Shown in pieces: positions 16,118 to 30,507 of a stretch of 64,000 nt of DNA. The DNA is taken from assembly GCF_009914755.1 (NCBI RefSeq), contig NC_060935.1. The stretch is one strand, 5' to 3'. The translations under genes and the position numbers were made by a program. Within the stretch, counting starts at the first letter, position 1. Every line of letters starts with the position of its first letter. Under the pieces are notes generated by a model. That model made no database searches and was not told where the DNA came from. It saw only the letters and a program-made list of their open reading frames with translations. Origin of the DNA: the human T2T-CHM13v2.0 reference genome, Homo sapiens.

Positions 16118-19100
16118 AGTTCTATAACATTCAATATTTTATTTTATACACAAATGTGTTTAAAAAGTTATCATTTATTCCTAGACATACATAATCAATC
16201 TTAATGTTGGTATTGCTGTTAACAGTTATAAAAAAGAAATGTCTGCTTAAGGCAGGGACGGCTGAACTTTAATGGGGTCACTCAAGATTCAGGTGCTTGG
16301 TCAAGTTTTCAGATCCAAAATTTGATTTCAGTGATTCACTCAGAGATGTTCAAACAGGATAATGATAGTGATCATTCCAGATTTAACCAGACCAACAATA
16401 ATAGAAATTGCTAGCATGTACTGGACACATGAAATGCAGAGCATTTTTCCTGGATTACTCTATTTTAATCTCCCTTAGCAATGCATAAGATAGGTACTGT
16501 TATTATCCCCTTGTCAGTGAGGAACTGAGAGCAGGAGAGCTAAATGATTGGCTCAGTGTCTCGCACCCAGTAAAGGCTAGATCTGGGCTGCCAACGCCAG
16601 CAATAATTATGCAGAAATGTTTCTTTCGCTAATTAAAAGCCAGAAAAGCAATGTACTAATTGACAGTGGGTGAGGTTCTGGTTGGAGAGCTGAGTGAGGG
16701 CACTCATCTTTGTGAGACTTGCCTTCTTACTTAGTCACTCCATTGAAGACACCAAGTGACAGCTAAGATTTTCCTTGGATATCCTGGAATTTGACCAGAG
16801 GTTATTGGCTGTCTTCAAGGGATGTTTCAACCTAGCAGGACTGATGATCTAGAAGCAGAGCTCTGGGCAGCGGTGGAGACACCCTGAGAGCCTCACTGCT
16901 TGGCTCTCAGTTTCCAGACTCCTGCGGACCCCCACCCTCTGCTATGACAACACAACATTAGCTCAGATTCATTGCAGTTCAACTGAGTAGGTTACCATAA
17001 ACCACATTCCAATGTGTTTTCCTGGGGAGACACCCTGGGGTCACCCTGACTGGACTTGGGGGAGACTCTCGTGTCCTTAAGTGAATTTGTAAGGCATCCT
17101 GTTCTCCTTGACAGAAAATGGGGAGAATCCTCACTCACATCAACAGCACATTTACAACCATCTCCTGAGTGGTTTATTTCTGCAGATGGAGAATCTCAGT
17201 CATTTTATGTTCTTATTGTTTTCAATTTACTGACCAAATTCTGGGACTGGACCCAATTTGAGGTTTGTAACCTCTTGTGTGTTATTATAGAGAGAATTAG
17301 GGCACAATGAATGAATTTCTTGTTTTTCCCTCTGATTCAGACTCTGTTTTTTTTTTTTAAGTGGGACAGCTAGTTGTCATATCTTTATGCATGTAGATGA
17401 AGGTATATATGCACATACACATGCTTATTCAGGAATATGCATATTTAGTCCAGCACACTTTATAGCTGGAGAAAACCTCAACCTGGCCCTTTGTTTTTAT
17501 ATCTTGCTTGCTGTGATAGACTCATCTTCTGCCCTTTCCTTTTCTTTGCTTTTGGCATAGTTTTTCCACATCAAGTATTTTCACAATAGGAGTGGAATAT
17601 AATGCAATTATCTATTAATTTATTTAACTTAACATTCCTTATATTGCACTACTGTGTGCCAGATGCTGCCCCAAGCACATTACAAATATTAATTGATGCA
17701 ATCCTATTTATAATTCTTTGAAGTAGAACTTATTACTACCTTCATTTTATAGATCAGGAAACTGAGGCAAGTTTCTGTATCTGCTGGGAAACTGGATTTG
17801 CTTGGTGGAAAGGTGATGTGTAACCCTGCTGCTTTGTTTGAGAGGTTTGGGCTTTGTTTTCAATACATAAGAATGATAAAAATTAGTGGTATGTTAGCGC
17901 TGCAGGTGATAGAAAAAGAGCAGCCATTCCTCTGGAGCTGAAAAGCCAGAATCAGCAAAGGCTGCATTTACTAAACGATGTACTGGTTTCACAGCTAAAC
18001 ACTTACAGCTATTAGAAACACTTTTATTATTAAAATTCCTGCAGGAAACATAACTTTGTTATTGTGATACTCAAACTCTCTAGCTTTTAACTTCCCCTCC
18101 CTTTGAAGCAATTATGTGCGTATTGTGACTTTTAATAAACTGTGGTTTCTCTGGAACGCAGATGTCATGTTGGAGCATTGCAGACTGCTCTTCTCCCTTC
18201 TGCCTTTACATACAAGATGCCTGTTGCTGAGAACACTTGTTCCCACTTCTCTAGCAGGCAAGGATCTGGGCAGGACAACAACCACAGGTAAGGCCTCCGC
18301 TGACTCACCTTGCTTCGGCTCAGGTGATGGAGTCAGTCAAACCTGCATTCATCCAGGGAGTGGCTCATGTACATAGGCACCGTGGCTGTGACCAGGGTGA
18401 TGGTGGTGAGGGGCTGAGAGGTGAGTGGATTCAAGCTATGTTTTGGAGGTAGCAGAGATAGGAGTTGGTGATTGGTCTTGGGGGATGAGACAGAGGAATC
18501 TGCTATAGATTTGGAGTTGTCTGGATGTTTGAGTCTAACCTCCTGGGATTCAGGGACATCTGAATCACCAGTGCTTCCCACAGCGATTGGCACATAGTAA
18601 TCAGTTGATAAGTATGTATTGAACATGTGAATGAATCAGCAATGAATGAAGACAATGAGAGCCAATGAAGTTCTGTGATGGCCCACGGTCATGTAACTGT
18701 TGAATGACAAATGTAACCCTGGAATATAGGCTACCTGAGAGTTATAGGACCTTTGGCTGCTTTATATCCTTTTTGTGGCCTCTCTTCCAGATTTTTAACT
18801 CTTTGAAGGCAGGACTGTGTAAAAATAAACACAACTAGATCTGTTACTTGGCAGTGGAAGACTGGATTAAAGATGGATGTCTGTGTACCCAAGGGTGCCC
18901 ATTTCTTAAGCATGAATGTGCTTTCCTTTTGGAATAAAGAAGAAGGTAGCTGGGGAAAGACTGGAAATTAACAGGTATCACAGGATTCCCAGGGTCTTCC
19001 ACTGATAAAAAATGCCAACTTTACTTTTTCATTATCTCTTATATCTATGCTCTCTTTTCCATTCCATTCTATCAGTATCTCTACCCACCTCTTGCCTGGA

Positions 19101-20361
19101 CCAATGCAAAAGCCTCCCAACCTTCCACCTCATGCTTTGTTGTTTATGTGTTATCGGCCTCATGAGATAGAGTTATCTTGGCTTTGCCACTTACTAGCAG
19201 GGCAACCTTGGCAAAGGCATTAATTTTTTTCAGAGCCTGAGTTTACTCATTTGTCGAAAGCAGATAATGACAAAACATGTCCTACTAGTATTGTGAAAAT
19301 TTGTTTAAAATATCTGTGTGAACCAAGCCAGACCACAAAGGCTGGGCCAGGCTAGAGGACTGGAGAGGCCAACCAGGCAGACTTGGCGGTGGTGACTTCC
19401 TTTTAGCTTTTGCCTCTGCCAGCAAGCAAGGCAAGGAGGCAGAAGATACAAGCGGACACATCTCCCCAGCACAAGCCCAATTTCAGTGATTTTGGCAGGT
19501 TTCAGTGATGCAGCGGAGGACAAGGCTGACGTCAGGATGATGCCACTGTGTAGATTCTAAAGGAGGCTCTTCTATTAATGCCATTACTACATCTAGTGCT
19601 GGTATCTGCATTGTGCTAGGTATTTTTGCATACTTCTTTATATTCAATCAACATGACAAAGAGGGAAAGTAGGTATAATTGCCCTCATTTTACAAATGTC
19701 ATCACTGATAGAAAGGTTCAGTAACTTACTCAAGACCACAAAATTAGGTCTTTTTGAAAATTAAAAAAAATTCAAACCCAGGATATAAACTCAGGTTTAT
19801 TTTATTCCCAAGCCTATTAATTTCAAGTTACAGTTATTATCAAACTGTATGTTTCTTAAGGCAGGATCTGAGTTGTGTAATCATTTATCCCCATAGTAGC
19901 TTGCCCTTAAGAGGTACTTAGTACATATTTTTTGATGAATGATGTTGTACAAATAATGGTGTCCTGTTTTATAGGTTATGGTTTAAAAATAGAGGAAGTC
20001 TATAGGACTCTTAGAAAGTAATTAAGATATCTGAGAAGACTAAGATTGAGAACTTCTTGGAGGTCTAATTCTAAATTAAACTTCCAAGTTGGGATGCAAA
20101 AATAAGGAGGATGTTTGGAAACATCCCATGATTTATATTTACATAAGCTTCATAAGGAGAATGAATACAGACTGACCTTTGCTTGAGAGCCATGTGATGG
20201 CCAGAGAAAGCGGCATGGGTTAACAGCCAAAAGGAAATCAGCATTATACTAAAGCAGTGTTTCTCAAAGTGTGTTCCAGGGAAGGATATACCCAAGAAAC
20301 AATATCCATCAAGAGACTTCTATAAAAAGAGGAGATAATTTAATACATATAGAAGCATGAC

Positions 20362-21116
<755 letters not shown>

Positions 21117-21234
21117 ATACTCTTGTGGTATAAATGAACACATTAAAGGCTGAGAATTCTTATAATTAAAAAAAAATCCTAACCAAAAAAAAAAAGCAAA
21201 AACAAACAAACAAAAAACACCAGTAAAAGGAGTG

Positions 21235-21365
21235 GGGTGTGGTAGGTGCCTTAGGATTGACATTACTAAAAGGTTCGTCAAAATGTTGCCTTCCAAAATT
21301 AAAGAACAGTCTGTACTATAAAATACAGAAGTTGATTGCATCCTTCCAAATGACAGTATTAACTT
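21235..21365 (+). repeat. Copy 1 of a ~130-bp dispersed direct repeat
   Basis: GTGGTAGGTGCCTTAG...CATTACTAAAAGGTT...TTGCCTTCCAAA...ACAGTCTGTAC...CAGAAGTT; about 85% identical to 22570-22698 by manual alignment. Confidence 0.9.
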
Positions 21366-21876
21366 TATTTAACGAGTATTCCCAAATATAGTTAACACTT
21401 ACTTTTACCCATAGCCCCTCCCATTTCATCACTTATTTATGTGCCAAGGAACTAGTGGTTATCAGAGCCCACTGAGAAATGCTAGGAAAGAAACTGAGTG
21501 GTAGTTTTACAAAAATCCTTTTTTCACCTTTTCTTATCTTCTTATTTATATGTTTTTGTGTTTGTTGATGGAGGTTGGGTTATTTCAGGTATTCATTCAA
21601 TAAATATTTACCAAATACCTATAAAGCATAAGACACAGTGGTACATTCTCTGAGTTAGTAGATTCTTGATTTCTCTTTGTCTCATGAGGAAGGGAAGAGG
21701 AAGGGGTTGGGGAGATAGGTGTGCAGGAGTGTTGGGAATCATACCTAATTAAGACGTCACCATATCTCCAGCCATCAGAAGTTATTCATGCGCAAATAAC
21801 AAAAGCCTAAATCTCTATTGCCATAAAGGAGTTCAGTATTTTATTAGGGTTTCCTCCTCAAGTAATTTTTGGAAAC

Positions 21877-22257
21877 TGTTATGGTTTGAATGTATTCTTC
21901 AAAGTTCATGTGCTGGAAACTTAAGCTCCAATGTAACCATATTGAGAAGTGGGACATTTCAGAGGTGACTATCCCCTCATGAATGAGTTAAAGCCTTTAT
22001 CTTGGGAGTGGGTTAGTTATCACAGGAGTTGGTTTCTGTTAAAAGGATGAGTTTGGCCTTCTTCCTCTCTCTCTCTCGTGTGTACACGCAGGCATGTGCT
22101 TTCTCATCATGTGATGTCATCTGCCAGGTCATGATGCAGCAAGAAGGCCCTCACCAGATGCCACCCCTCCAGAACCATGAGCCAAATAAATGTCTGTTCT
22201 TTATAAATGAACCAGTCTGTATTATTCTGTTATAGCAGCACAAAATGGGTTAAGACA
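21877..22257 (+). mobile_element. MaLR solo LTR (MSTB/MSTC-like)
   Basis: TGTTATGGTTTGAATGT start, AATAAA, ...GTTATAGCAGCACAAAATGGGTTAAGACA end; TSD GAAAC/GGAAC. Confidence 0.88.
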
Positions 22258-22569
22258 GGAACCCTTAAGGAAGCTGTTACCTAAATCCCCCCATTCTAGC
22301 TGGATAGTTCATATGGCCTCTGGCTCTGGGACAATGCTCCAGTCTGCTGGCTGCTCCTTGCCACCTGGCAGTTGTTTTTTTGAGGCTGTTGTCTTTCTGC
22401 TTCTTCCCAAGGACAAATAAAAAAGTGTAGTTGTAAGACAGCTTACATCTAGATTTAGGAAAAGAAAGTTGCAATATTTATGTTGTTATGCTCAATTTAC
22501 ATGTCCAAACAGAATATTTAACATCTCAGCCTAGAGCATATGGATATATACACACGTAATGAAGAAATA

Positions 22570-22698
22570 GGGCGTGGTAGGTGCCTTAGCATTGGCATTA
22601 CTAAAAGGTTTATCAATGTATTGCCTTCCAAACTTAAAGGACAGTCTGTACCCTAAAATGCAGAAGTTTTGCAACCTTCCAAACAACAGTTTTCTAAC
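22570..22698 (+). repeat. Copy 2 of the ~130-bp direct repeat
   Basis: Colinear with 21235-21365, with one 2-nt indel. Confidence 0.9.
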
Positions 22699-23059
22699 TG
22701 GAAAAAATTTAAGATCTCATCTCTACCAGGTGGCCCATTACATATAGAGGAGACAATGTAAACATCTTGGATTAAAAGGAATTTCTGTAGTAATCAATGT
22801 AATTCCTGGATTTTGCTTGCATGTACAGAAACAGTAATGATCAACTTGGCCAAGCTAGAGCCAAATATACTCTGAAAAAGCAGTCTAAGAGATCCTTGGT
22901 AGAAAAACTGTGTGATAATTGATTTCTGATGAAGACTTGGAGAAGATATAAAGAAGAGAAGAGATTATGGATTATTATATGTACATGCACACATATATAA
23001 TAAATGACATTCGATTGGGGGGTAGAATCTGAAAGGAGGACAAGTACATAATAATATGA

Positions 23060-24070
23060 TGGTATTAGCCTGGGTTCTTCAAACAAACACAGCCTGATGT
23101 AAAGGCTTGTGGTGATAATTATTTAGGGAATGATTCCAGTGAACAGGAGTTGGGATGGGGAGATCGAATGGGAAATGTGGGAAATTCAAAGATGTGTCAT
23201 TGAGCTGGTCATTGCTGTGGGCAACTGGGACCCAGTCATGCTAGGAAAGGCTGTTAGAACTAGAAATACCATTTGACCCAGCCATCCGATTACTGGGTAT
23301 ATACCCAAAGGATTATAAATCATGCCATAAAGACACACACTCGTATGTTTATTGTGGCACTATTCACAATAGCAAACACTTGGAACCAACCCAAATGTCC
23401 ATCAATGATAGACAAGATTAAGAAAATGTGGCAGATATACACCATGGAATACTATGCAGCCATTAAAAAGGATGAGTTCATGTCCTTTGTAGGGACATGG
23501 ATGAAGCTGGAAACCATCATTCTGAGCAAACTATTGCAAGGACAGAAAACCAAACACTGCATGTTCTCACTCATAGGTGGGGATTGAACAATGAGAACAC
23601 ATGGACACAGGAAGGGGAACATCACACACCGGGGCCTGTCATGTGGTGGGGGGAGGGGGGAGGGATAGCATTAAGAGATATACCTAATGTAAATGACGAG
23701 TTAATGGGTGCAGCACACCAACATGGCACATGTATACATATGAAAAAACCTGCACGTTGTGCACATGTACCCTAGAACTTAAAGTATAATAATAATAAAT
23801 AAATAAATAAAAAGATTATACTATCAAAGAAAGAAAGAAAGAAAGAAAGAAACTGTAGAACACACCTCAGAATTTACTGCCTCCAGTACAGGAGAACAGT
23901 GTGTTTACCTACCAGCTCCAGAGCCCATTGAACAAGTGTTGCTGAATGGGCTCCTAGGTTCCTCCCTTTCAGGTTTGCCCCCAGGTCAGATGCCTGTGAG
24001 CCATCTGGATGGAGAGAAGCCCCAGGGAAGAGAGTGAGAGATACCAGCTACTGTCAAGTTAAGCCTGCCT
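23060..24070 (-). mobile_element. Old ERVL-class LTR (LTR33/LTR16-like) interrupted by an L1PA
   Basis: TGAGCTGGTCATTGCTGTGGGCAACTGGG and CTGTAGAACACACCTCAGAATT flank the L1 and resemble LTR33. Confidence 0.55.
23256..23851 (+). mobile_element. 5'-truncated L1PA4/5-like element (~600 bp)
   Basis: ORF2 C-terminus (YAAIKKDEFMSFVGTWMKLETIILSKL), G-rich 3'UTR, CCCTAGAACTTAAAGTATAATAA end, (TAAA)n then (GAAA)n tails. Confidence 0.95.
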
Positions 24071-24198
24071 TCCCCTCAAACCCCGCTGTTTGTTTATCAC
24101 GTCACTTTCAGCTAAGGTCTTTATCTGGAGCAGCTTCTCAGTTCAAGGGTCAATTGCTCGTAAAACTAGAGGCAGCCTGAAGAAAGCACAAATGATAC

Positions 24199-24264
24199 GG
24201 AGAGCAAACGTGGCAGCCTTGGAGAGCAAACGTGGCAGCCTTGGAGAGCAAACGTGGCAGCCTT
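24199..24264 (+). repeat. Minisatellite: 3 perfect copies of 22-bp GGAGAGCAAACGTGGCAGCCTT
   Basis: Units at 24199, 24221 and 24243. Confidence 0.97.
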
Positions 24265-27200
24265 TGCTGATGGCGGCTGCCCCTGCTCCCCATTCTTTTC
24301 TGGCTGCTCTTCGTTTAGTGTGCTGTGTACCAGGCACTGCACTCAGCACCGCCTGAGGATTACCCATCGTGTGCAGTCCTCATGGGGTGGACACTCGTGC
24401 TGTGCCCATTTAAGGGCTGATCCATAGAAGCAGATGTTGGGGATCAGCTCTACTCTGCTGCCAGAAGCGTGGGAGGCTCAGGCATTCAATCAATGTGAAG
24501 ATAGCAAGGGACTCTTTCCATGGGCTTGGGAAAGGCCTAGCTGAGGCCCCATCACTCTCCCCTGACTCTACTTCATTTTTCTTCTTAACATATTATTTAT
24601 TGGTCTAATTGTTTATGTTGATCTCCTGCCAATGGAACATGAACTCCACTGAAGTCGGGACTTTATCTGTTTTGTTAGAACAATGCCTGGACCACAGCAG
24701 GGACTCAGTGAATATCTACCATTGAATGAAAGAAAAATAAATGAGTCTTTATGGCTATGAATGCAATGAAGTTTGTTCTGTTTAAGAATTTTTTGATAAA
24801 AAGAGGTGACAGACACTGGTACAGGGAAGTAATAAGTTGTGAAACCTCAGGGAAAGGGAAGAGATCTCAACTGGAAGCCTATAGGGTATGGGATCAGTGA
24901 TGAGAAAATGCAAAGAAAAAGAAGATAAAGGGAAAAGATGGGAAAGGGATTCATTCCCAATGGCCCCTTTATGGAATATTTGTTGGGCATTTTATCTGTC
25001 ACCATGCATAATAGAGGCACGGTGGTTGGCTTCAATGTGATAAGATGTGGAGGGAACAGCAAAGGGGGATTGGAAATTGTGGGGAATTTTAGGAGAAGAA
25101 AGAGTCCTGAAGAAGGCTCTCTGTAAGACACACAGAAGGCCCGGCCTTCTCTCTGGAGCACCATAAGAGTGACTTTGGGGAAAAGAATTACAAGAAGTTT
25201 CACACTACAGAGACCAGGAGGGAATTTGCCTTTGTGGTCAGGCTTCCAGAGTTGAAGAGGGCCCGGCTAATGTCTGCCACTGATGCAGCTCATCAAAACG
25301 CCACCGGAAATGGAGGGCGGCATTGATAAAGGGAAAGCGGAAGCAACGAGCCATCGTGTGAAAATTAGCTCCCACAGGGTGGATTTCTTGAAAGTGGCCA
25401 AAGTTATAAAACCCGAGAGACAAAACAAAACACAGCAAATTATGTAGTGCTTGGGGGCGGGGGCATGCGGGTGTTGCAATTGGGTGCTGTGTATACAGCC
25501 AATGGTAGAACTGTGACTATTTGTCGAATGAATCACTGTTTCCCTCATCGAAGATGGATTTGTCAGGCAGACTTTCAAAGAGTCTGAGGATCCCCAGGGT
25601 CCTAGAAGAATGTGCCCACTTTTCCTTCTTTGTCTCAAGGCCCCTCTCACGCTGTTGTCTACATGGGTGCATTTCCCTATCTGTGGGAGCAGGGTTGGCC
25701 TGGGTCTGGAGGCCTGAATGAGAAGCCACTCCTGACCCATACATCCTGACTCTTCCCTCTTCTTCCTGTGTGGAACTCAGGGGGACCAAATTCCAGGCTG
25801 GCATTTCTGGCTTTTCCTGAAACTCTCTGTCCTGTTCTAATAGATCACATTATGTTGTGTAAATGATATAAGTCAGGCCAGGAACGCGCAGCCCAAGGAA
25901 GAAGCATATTCAATGTTTTGATTTCTCTTTTTTCTTTTGGCAAAAACGTGTTGTTCCCATTCCTGCGAGGGCAGAAATAAAGTCCACTTGGTGTGGAGAT
26001 GGGAGGGGGCCATTCTTGAACGAACAGGCCTGCTGCCTGTTGCAGAGACTGAGTGGTGACAGAGAAGCCACCGTGGGAAAGCAGTGTGGGTAGGTCTGGG
26101 GCTTGGATAAACTAGGTGCTTCAGCACCCCCCGCCAACGCTGGCTCCCACGACACTTTCAGGCAGGCCTGGGTTTGCTTAGTACAAAGTGGCTGGATTGC
26201 AGATTTGATAAGACCTCACTGGATTGCATGATGCATAGAACCCTCCCTACCTGAGTTAGAGGTGAGTCTAAATTGAGAGAATACTTTTTGCCTGGTAGAA
26301 AATGCATGTAGTATTGCACAGATGATGAAATCAGTGTCATTTGTGGACTCTTCATTATCCACAGGAAGAGACTTTGAGAAATTTCTCTGTTTCCTCTAGG
26401 CCCTACACGGAAGCAGCCACCAAATCACACATTTAAAACAATCCTTCCTGGTACTCCCTGGCCTTTCCATGCCTAGCCATCTCCAGGCGGGAGGTGGATC
26501 CCTGTCTGGGAGGCAGTGGGGAAGGGCATGTGTAGCTCTAGAGAAGGATGCTCTGGACATGCTTCTTGGCTCTGTCCTGTGCCTGGGGCAAGCTCACATT
26601 TCTGCTTCTCAAGTTATTTTTATAAAATGGGGATGATAATACTTTTTACTTTGCAGGACTATTGTGAGGATTAAATGGAATAACACTTATAAAAATGCAG
26701 GTGACTAAACAGTGTGGCCCCACTTTTTTTTTTTTATGTGGTGATTAGTAGAAAAAAAGCCTATAAAGATATGCACCAAAACGTTAATGATTTTTTAATA
26801 TTAGGGCGGTGGGATTTATGGGCTTTTATAAAAAACTTTCCTTTTTTTAATATATTTTTTAATTTCCACAATGAACTTGTATCACTGTTGTAACTAAAAA
26901 CTATAAATTTTAATTAATTAAAATTCCACCGAACCTTTAAGAACCAGCTGAAATAATATGTCTTTTATTGAAACTTTCCAATCTTCCCATTGGCAGGGAT
27001 CCCTCTCTGAGCAAGTTACTGAATCACTCTGAGACCTAGCTTGCTCCCCTGTAAAGTGGGAGTTAATAAACTTTAAATGGAAAATAGATATACTATATTG
27101 CATATAAAAATATGTTTTGTATGTACACACACAATTTTCTCTCTTTCTATGTATATATATGTATATGTGTATATATATGTGTATATATATATTTTTTTTT

Positions 27201-28110
27201 TCAATGCCTGGGTTATAGAAAGTGCTTAGTTAGTGCACTTTTCTTTCCCTGAATACTGGAAACACTTTGTACCTTTCTTGTAACATTTATGGTCTTTTGC
27301 TTTGAATTCTGGTTATTTGGGAACTTCTTATATCTCCTACTAGATTCTTAGCCCTCTGAGGGCAACAGCTATGTCCTGCTCAGCTTCTGCCACAGAGGGT
27401 TTAGTGTCTCATATGTAGTAGGTGCTAAGTAAATACTTGTTGAGTGACTGAAGGTCTAGGTAAAGGCAGAGGCTCCAGAAGTCGGTGCTGTGGCTGGGCC
27501 ATTGCCCTTGGGCATCGTGTATGCCTGTCGGACACTGGGCCTGCCTGTGCTGTTGCACCACACATGCTTTTGCTTGGGAGGTGCATCTGACAGCAGGAAC
27601 CCAGGGTCCTTGTGAGGGGAGCAGGGGACCAGGTGAGCAAGCTTGGCTGCTGACCGTGCCCTTCCTCCGGGAGGAGCTTGGGTCTTAGGACTGGATAGAG
27701 TTTCAAACCCAGACAACCCCGCAGGCCAGTCCCTCCAAACCCAAGACCTGTCTCTGAGTATAAGGAGAGGGAAGAGGGGACTGTGAGTCAAAGAGAAAAT
27801 GAAGGAAATGAAATGGAAAAAGCGGTTTGCAGAAAAGTCTCCAGGGACCTGGGGAGAAGCACACTATCCAGCTTTGGTAGCAGGTGAGGCAAGGGATTCT
27901 CTGACACTTGGTGTCCAGCGTTACTGACATCGCTCTAGATGGGTGATGTTGGCCCAGCAGGACTGCAGCAGACAACCATGGGCAAACCAAGCCACCTTCA
28001 CAGAGTTTGAGGAAGCAGGTGGCAGGTGCCTCATGGTAGCCGAGAGGGCTGGGAATATGGGAAAGTCAGAGCATTGCCTATGAACCCCACTAGTTATGAC
28101 TAATGGTGGG

Positions 28111-28551
28111 TTTCATACGCGTCTGTGTGAAGAGACCACCAAACAGGCTTTGTGTGAGCAATAAAGCTGTTTATTTCACCTGGGTGCAGGTGGGCTGAGT
28201 CCGAAAAGAGAGTCAGCGAAGGGAGATAGGGGTGGGGCAGTTTTATAGGATTTGGGAAGGTAATGGAAAATTACAGTCAAAGGGGGTTGTTCTCTGGTGG
28301 GCAGGGGTGGATCTCACAAAGTACATTCTCAAGAGTGGGGAGAATTACAAAGAACCTTCTTAAGGGTGGGAGAGATTACAAAGTACATTGATCAGTTAGG
28401 GTGGGGGAGGAACAAATCACAATGGTGGAATGTCATCAGTTAAGGCTGTTTTTACTTCTTTTGTGGATCTTCAGTTACTTCCGGCCATCTGGATGCATAC
28501 GTGCAAGTCACAGGGGATGCGATGGCCTGGCCTGGGCTCAGAGGCCTGACA
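28111..28551 (-). mobile_element. HERV-H 3' LTR (LTR7); polypurine tract adjacent at about 28552-28566
   Basis: Minus strand TGTCAGGCCTCTGAGCCC...ATGAAA preceded by AAGAAGGCAGGAA; 8 substitutions versus the 5' LTR by manual count. Confidence 0.96.
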
Positions 28552-30507
28552 TTCCTGCCTTCTTATATTAATAAGACAAATAAAACAAAATAGTGTTGAA
28601 GTGTTGGGGCGGCGGAAATTTTTGGGGGTGGTATGGAGAGAGAATGGGTGATGTTTCTCAGGGCTGCTTCAAGTGGGATTAGGGGTGGCGTGGGAACCTA
28701 GAGTGGGAGAGATTAAGCTGAAGGGAGGTCTTGTGGTAAGGGGTGAGATTGTGGGGATGTTAGAAGAAACATTTGTCATATAGAATGATTGGTGATGGCC
28801 TGGATACCGTTTTGGATGAATTGAGAAACTAAATGGAATAACAGAAGGAGAAAAACAGGTATAAAAGGTCTAAGAATTGGGACGACTCAGGATATCTGAT
28901 TAGAGAGTGCCTAAGGAGATTCAGCATAGTCCTGCCAGCAGAGATTATTTATTTACTTCAAGAGTTTAGAGTGGCAGTTTGGGGATAGCACCAGGAGATA
29001 TCAGCTGTGATGGCTTGGAGAAACAGTGTAAACCGGCAGTGTAAACAAGAGCAGGGCATGTATGAGTAGTTGAGAACGGTGAATAGGAGTATGACTAGAC
29101 AAAAGATAGTAGGGATGACAAGTTTTTTTGGGGCACAGTCTAAGTTGGTCTGGTGTCAAATGAGACTGGGGCCTAATAAAAAGGAGCGTCTATACAGGAG
29201 CTTAAATGGGCTGTACCTTGTAGAAGTGAAAGTGGTAAAAGTATTATCCAGTCCTTTTTAAGTTGGTGGCTGAGCTTGGTGAGCTGTGTTTTTAAAAGAC
29301 CTTTAGTCCATTCTACTTTTCTTGAAGACGGAGGACCGTAAGGGATATAAAGGTTTCACTGAAACCTACTAAGAGCCTGAGAAACTGCTTGGCTGATTTG
29401 ACTAATAAAGGCTCGTCTGTTATCAGACTGTATAGAGGTGGGAAGGGTAAACTGAGGAATTATGTCTGACAGAAGGAAAGAAATGACTGCGGTGGCCTTC
29501 TCAGACCCTGTAGGAAAGGCCTTTACTTATTCAGTGAAAATGTCTATTTGGACTAAGAGGTATTTTCGTTTCCTGACTCGGGCATGTTGAGTAAAGCTAA
29601 TTTGCCAGTCCTGGGTGGGGGCAAATCCTCAAGCTTGATGTGTAGGGAAGGGAGGGGGCCTGAATAATCCCTGAGGAGTAGTAGAATAGCAGATGGAACA
29701 CTGAGAAGTTATTTCCTTGAGGACAGATTTCCACGATGGAAAGGAAATGAGAGGTTCTGAGAGGCGGGCTAGTGGCTTGTACTATAGCATAGCCTGCCTT
29801 TGCTGGTGTGTGGCGATTAGGCCTGGTGGAACCACCATCAATAAATCAAGTGTGATCAGGGTGAGGAACAGGAAAGAAGGAAATTTGGGGAAATGGGGTG
29901 AATATCAGATGGATCAGAGAGATACAGTCATGGGGGTCAGGTGTGGTATCAGGAATAATGTGGGAGGCCAGATTGAAGTCCGGGCCAGGAACAATGGTAA
30001 TTGTGGGACTTAAAGAGTGAGTACAGCTGAAGGAGCCATGGAGCAGAAAGTATATGTGTCAGGTATACTGACAGAAAATAGATTTTGGAAGTTATGAGAA
30101 ATGTAGAGAGTGAGTTGAGCATAGTTTGTGATTTTTAGGGCCTCTAAAAGTATTAAAGCAGCGGCAGCCGCTGCACGCAGACATGAGGGCTAGGCTAAAA
30201 CAGTAAGGTCAAGTTGTTTGGACAGAAAGGCTACAGGGTGTGGTCCCAGCACTTGTGTAAGAATTCTGACCACACTAACCATGCCTAGGAAGGAAAGGAG
30301 TTGTTGTTTTGTAAGGGATTGAGGTTTGGGAGATTAATCGGACACGATCAGCAGGGAAAGCAAGTGTGTTTTTATGAGCATTATGCCGAGATAGGTAACA
30401 GATGAGGATGAAATTTGGGCTTGACTGAAGTAATGGGGGCTGTCTGTGAAGCCTTGCGGCAGTACAGCCCAGGTAATTTGCTGAGCCTAATGGGTGTCAG
30501 GGTCAGT

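Noticed and set aside
24199-24264. Direct repeats as a possible CRISPR-like array
   Set aside because: No spacers, contiguous units, mammalian context
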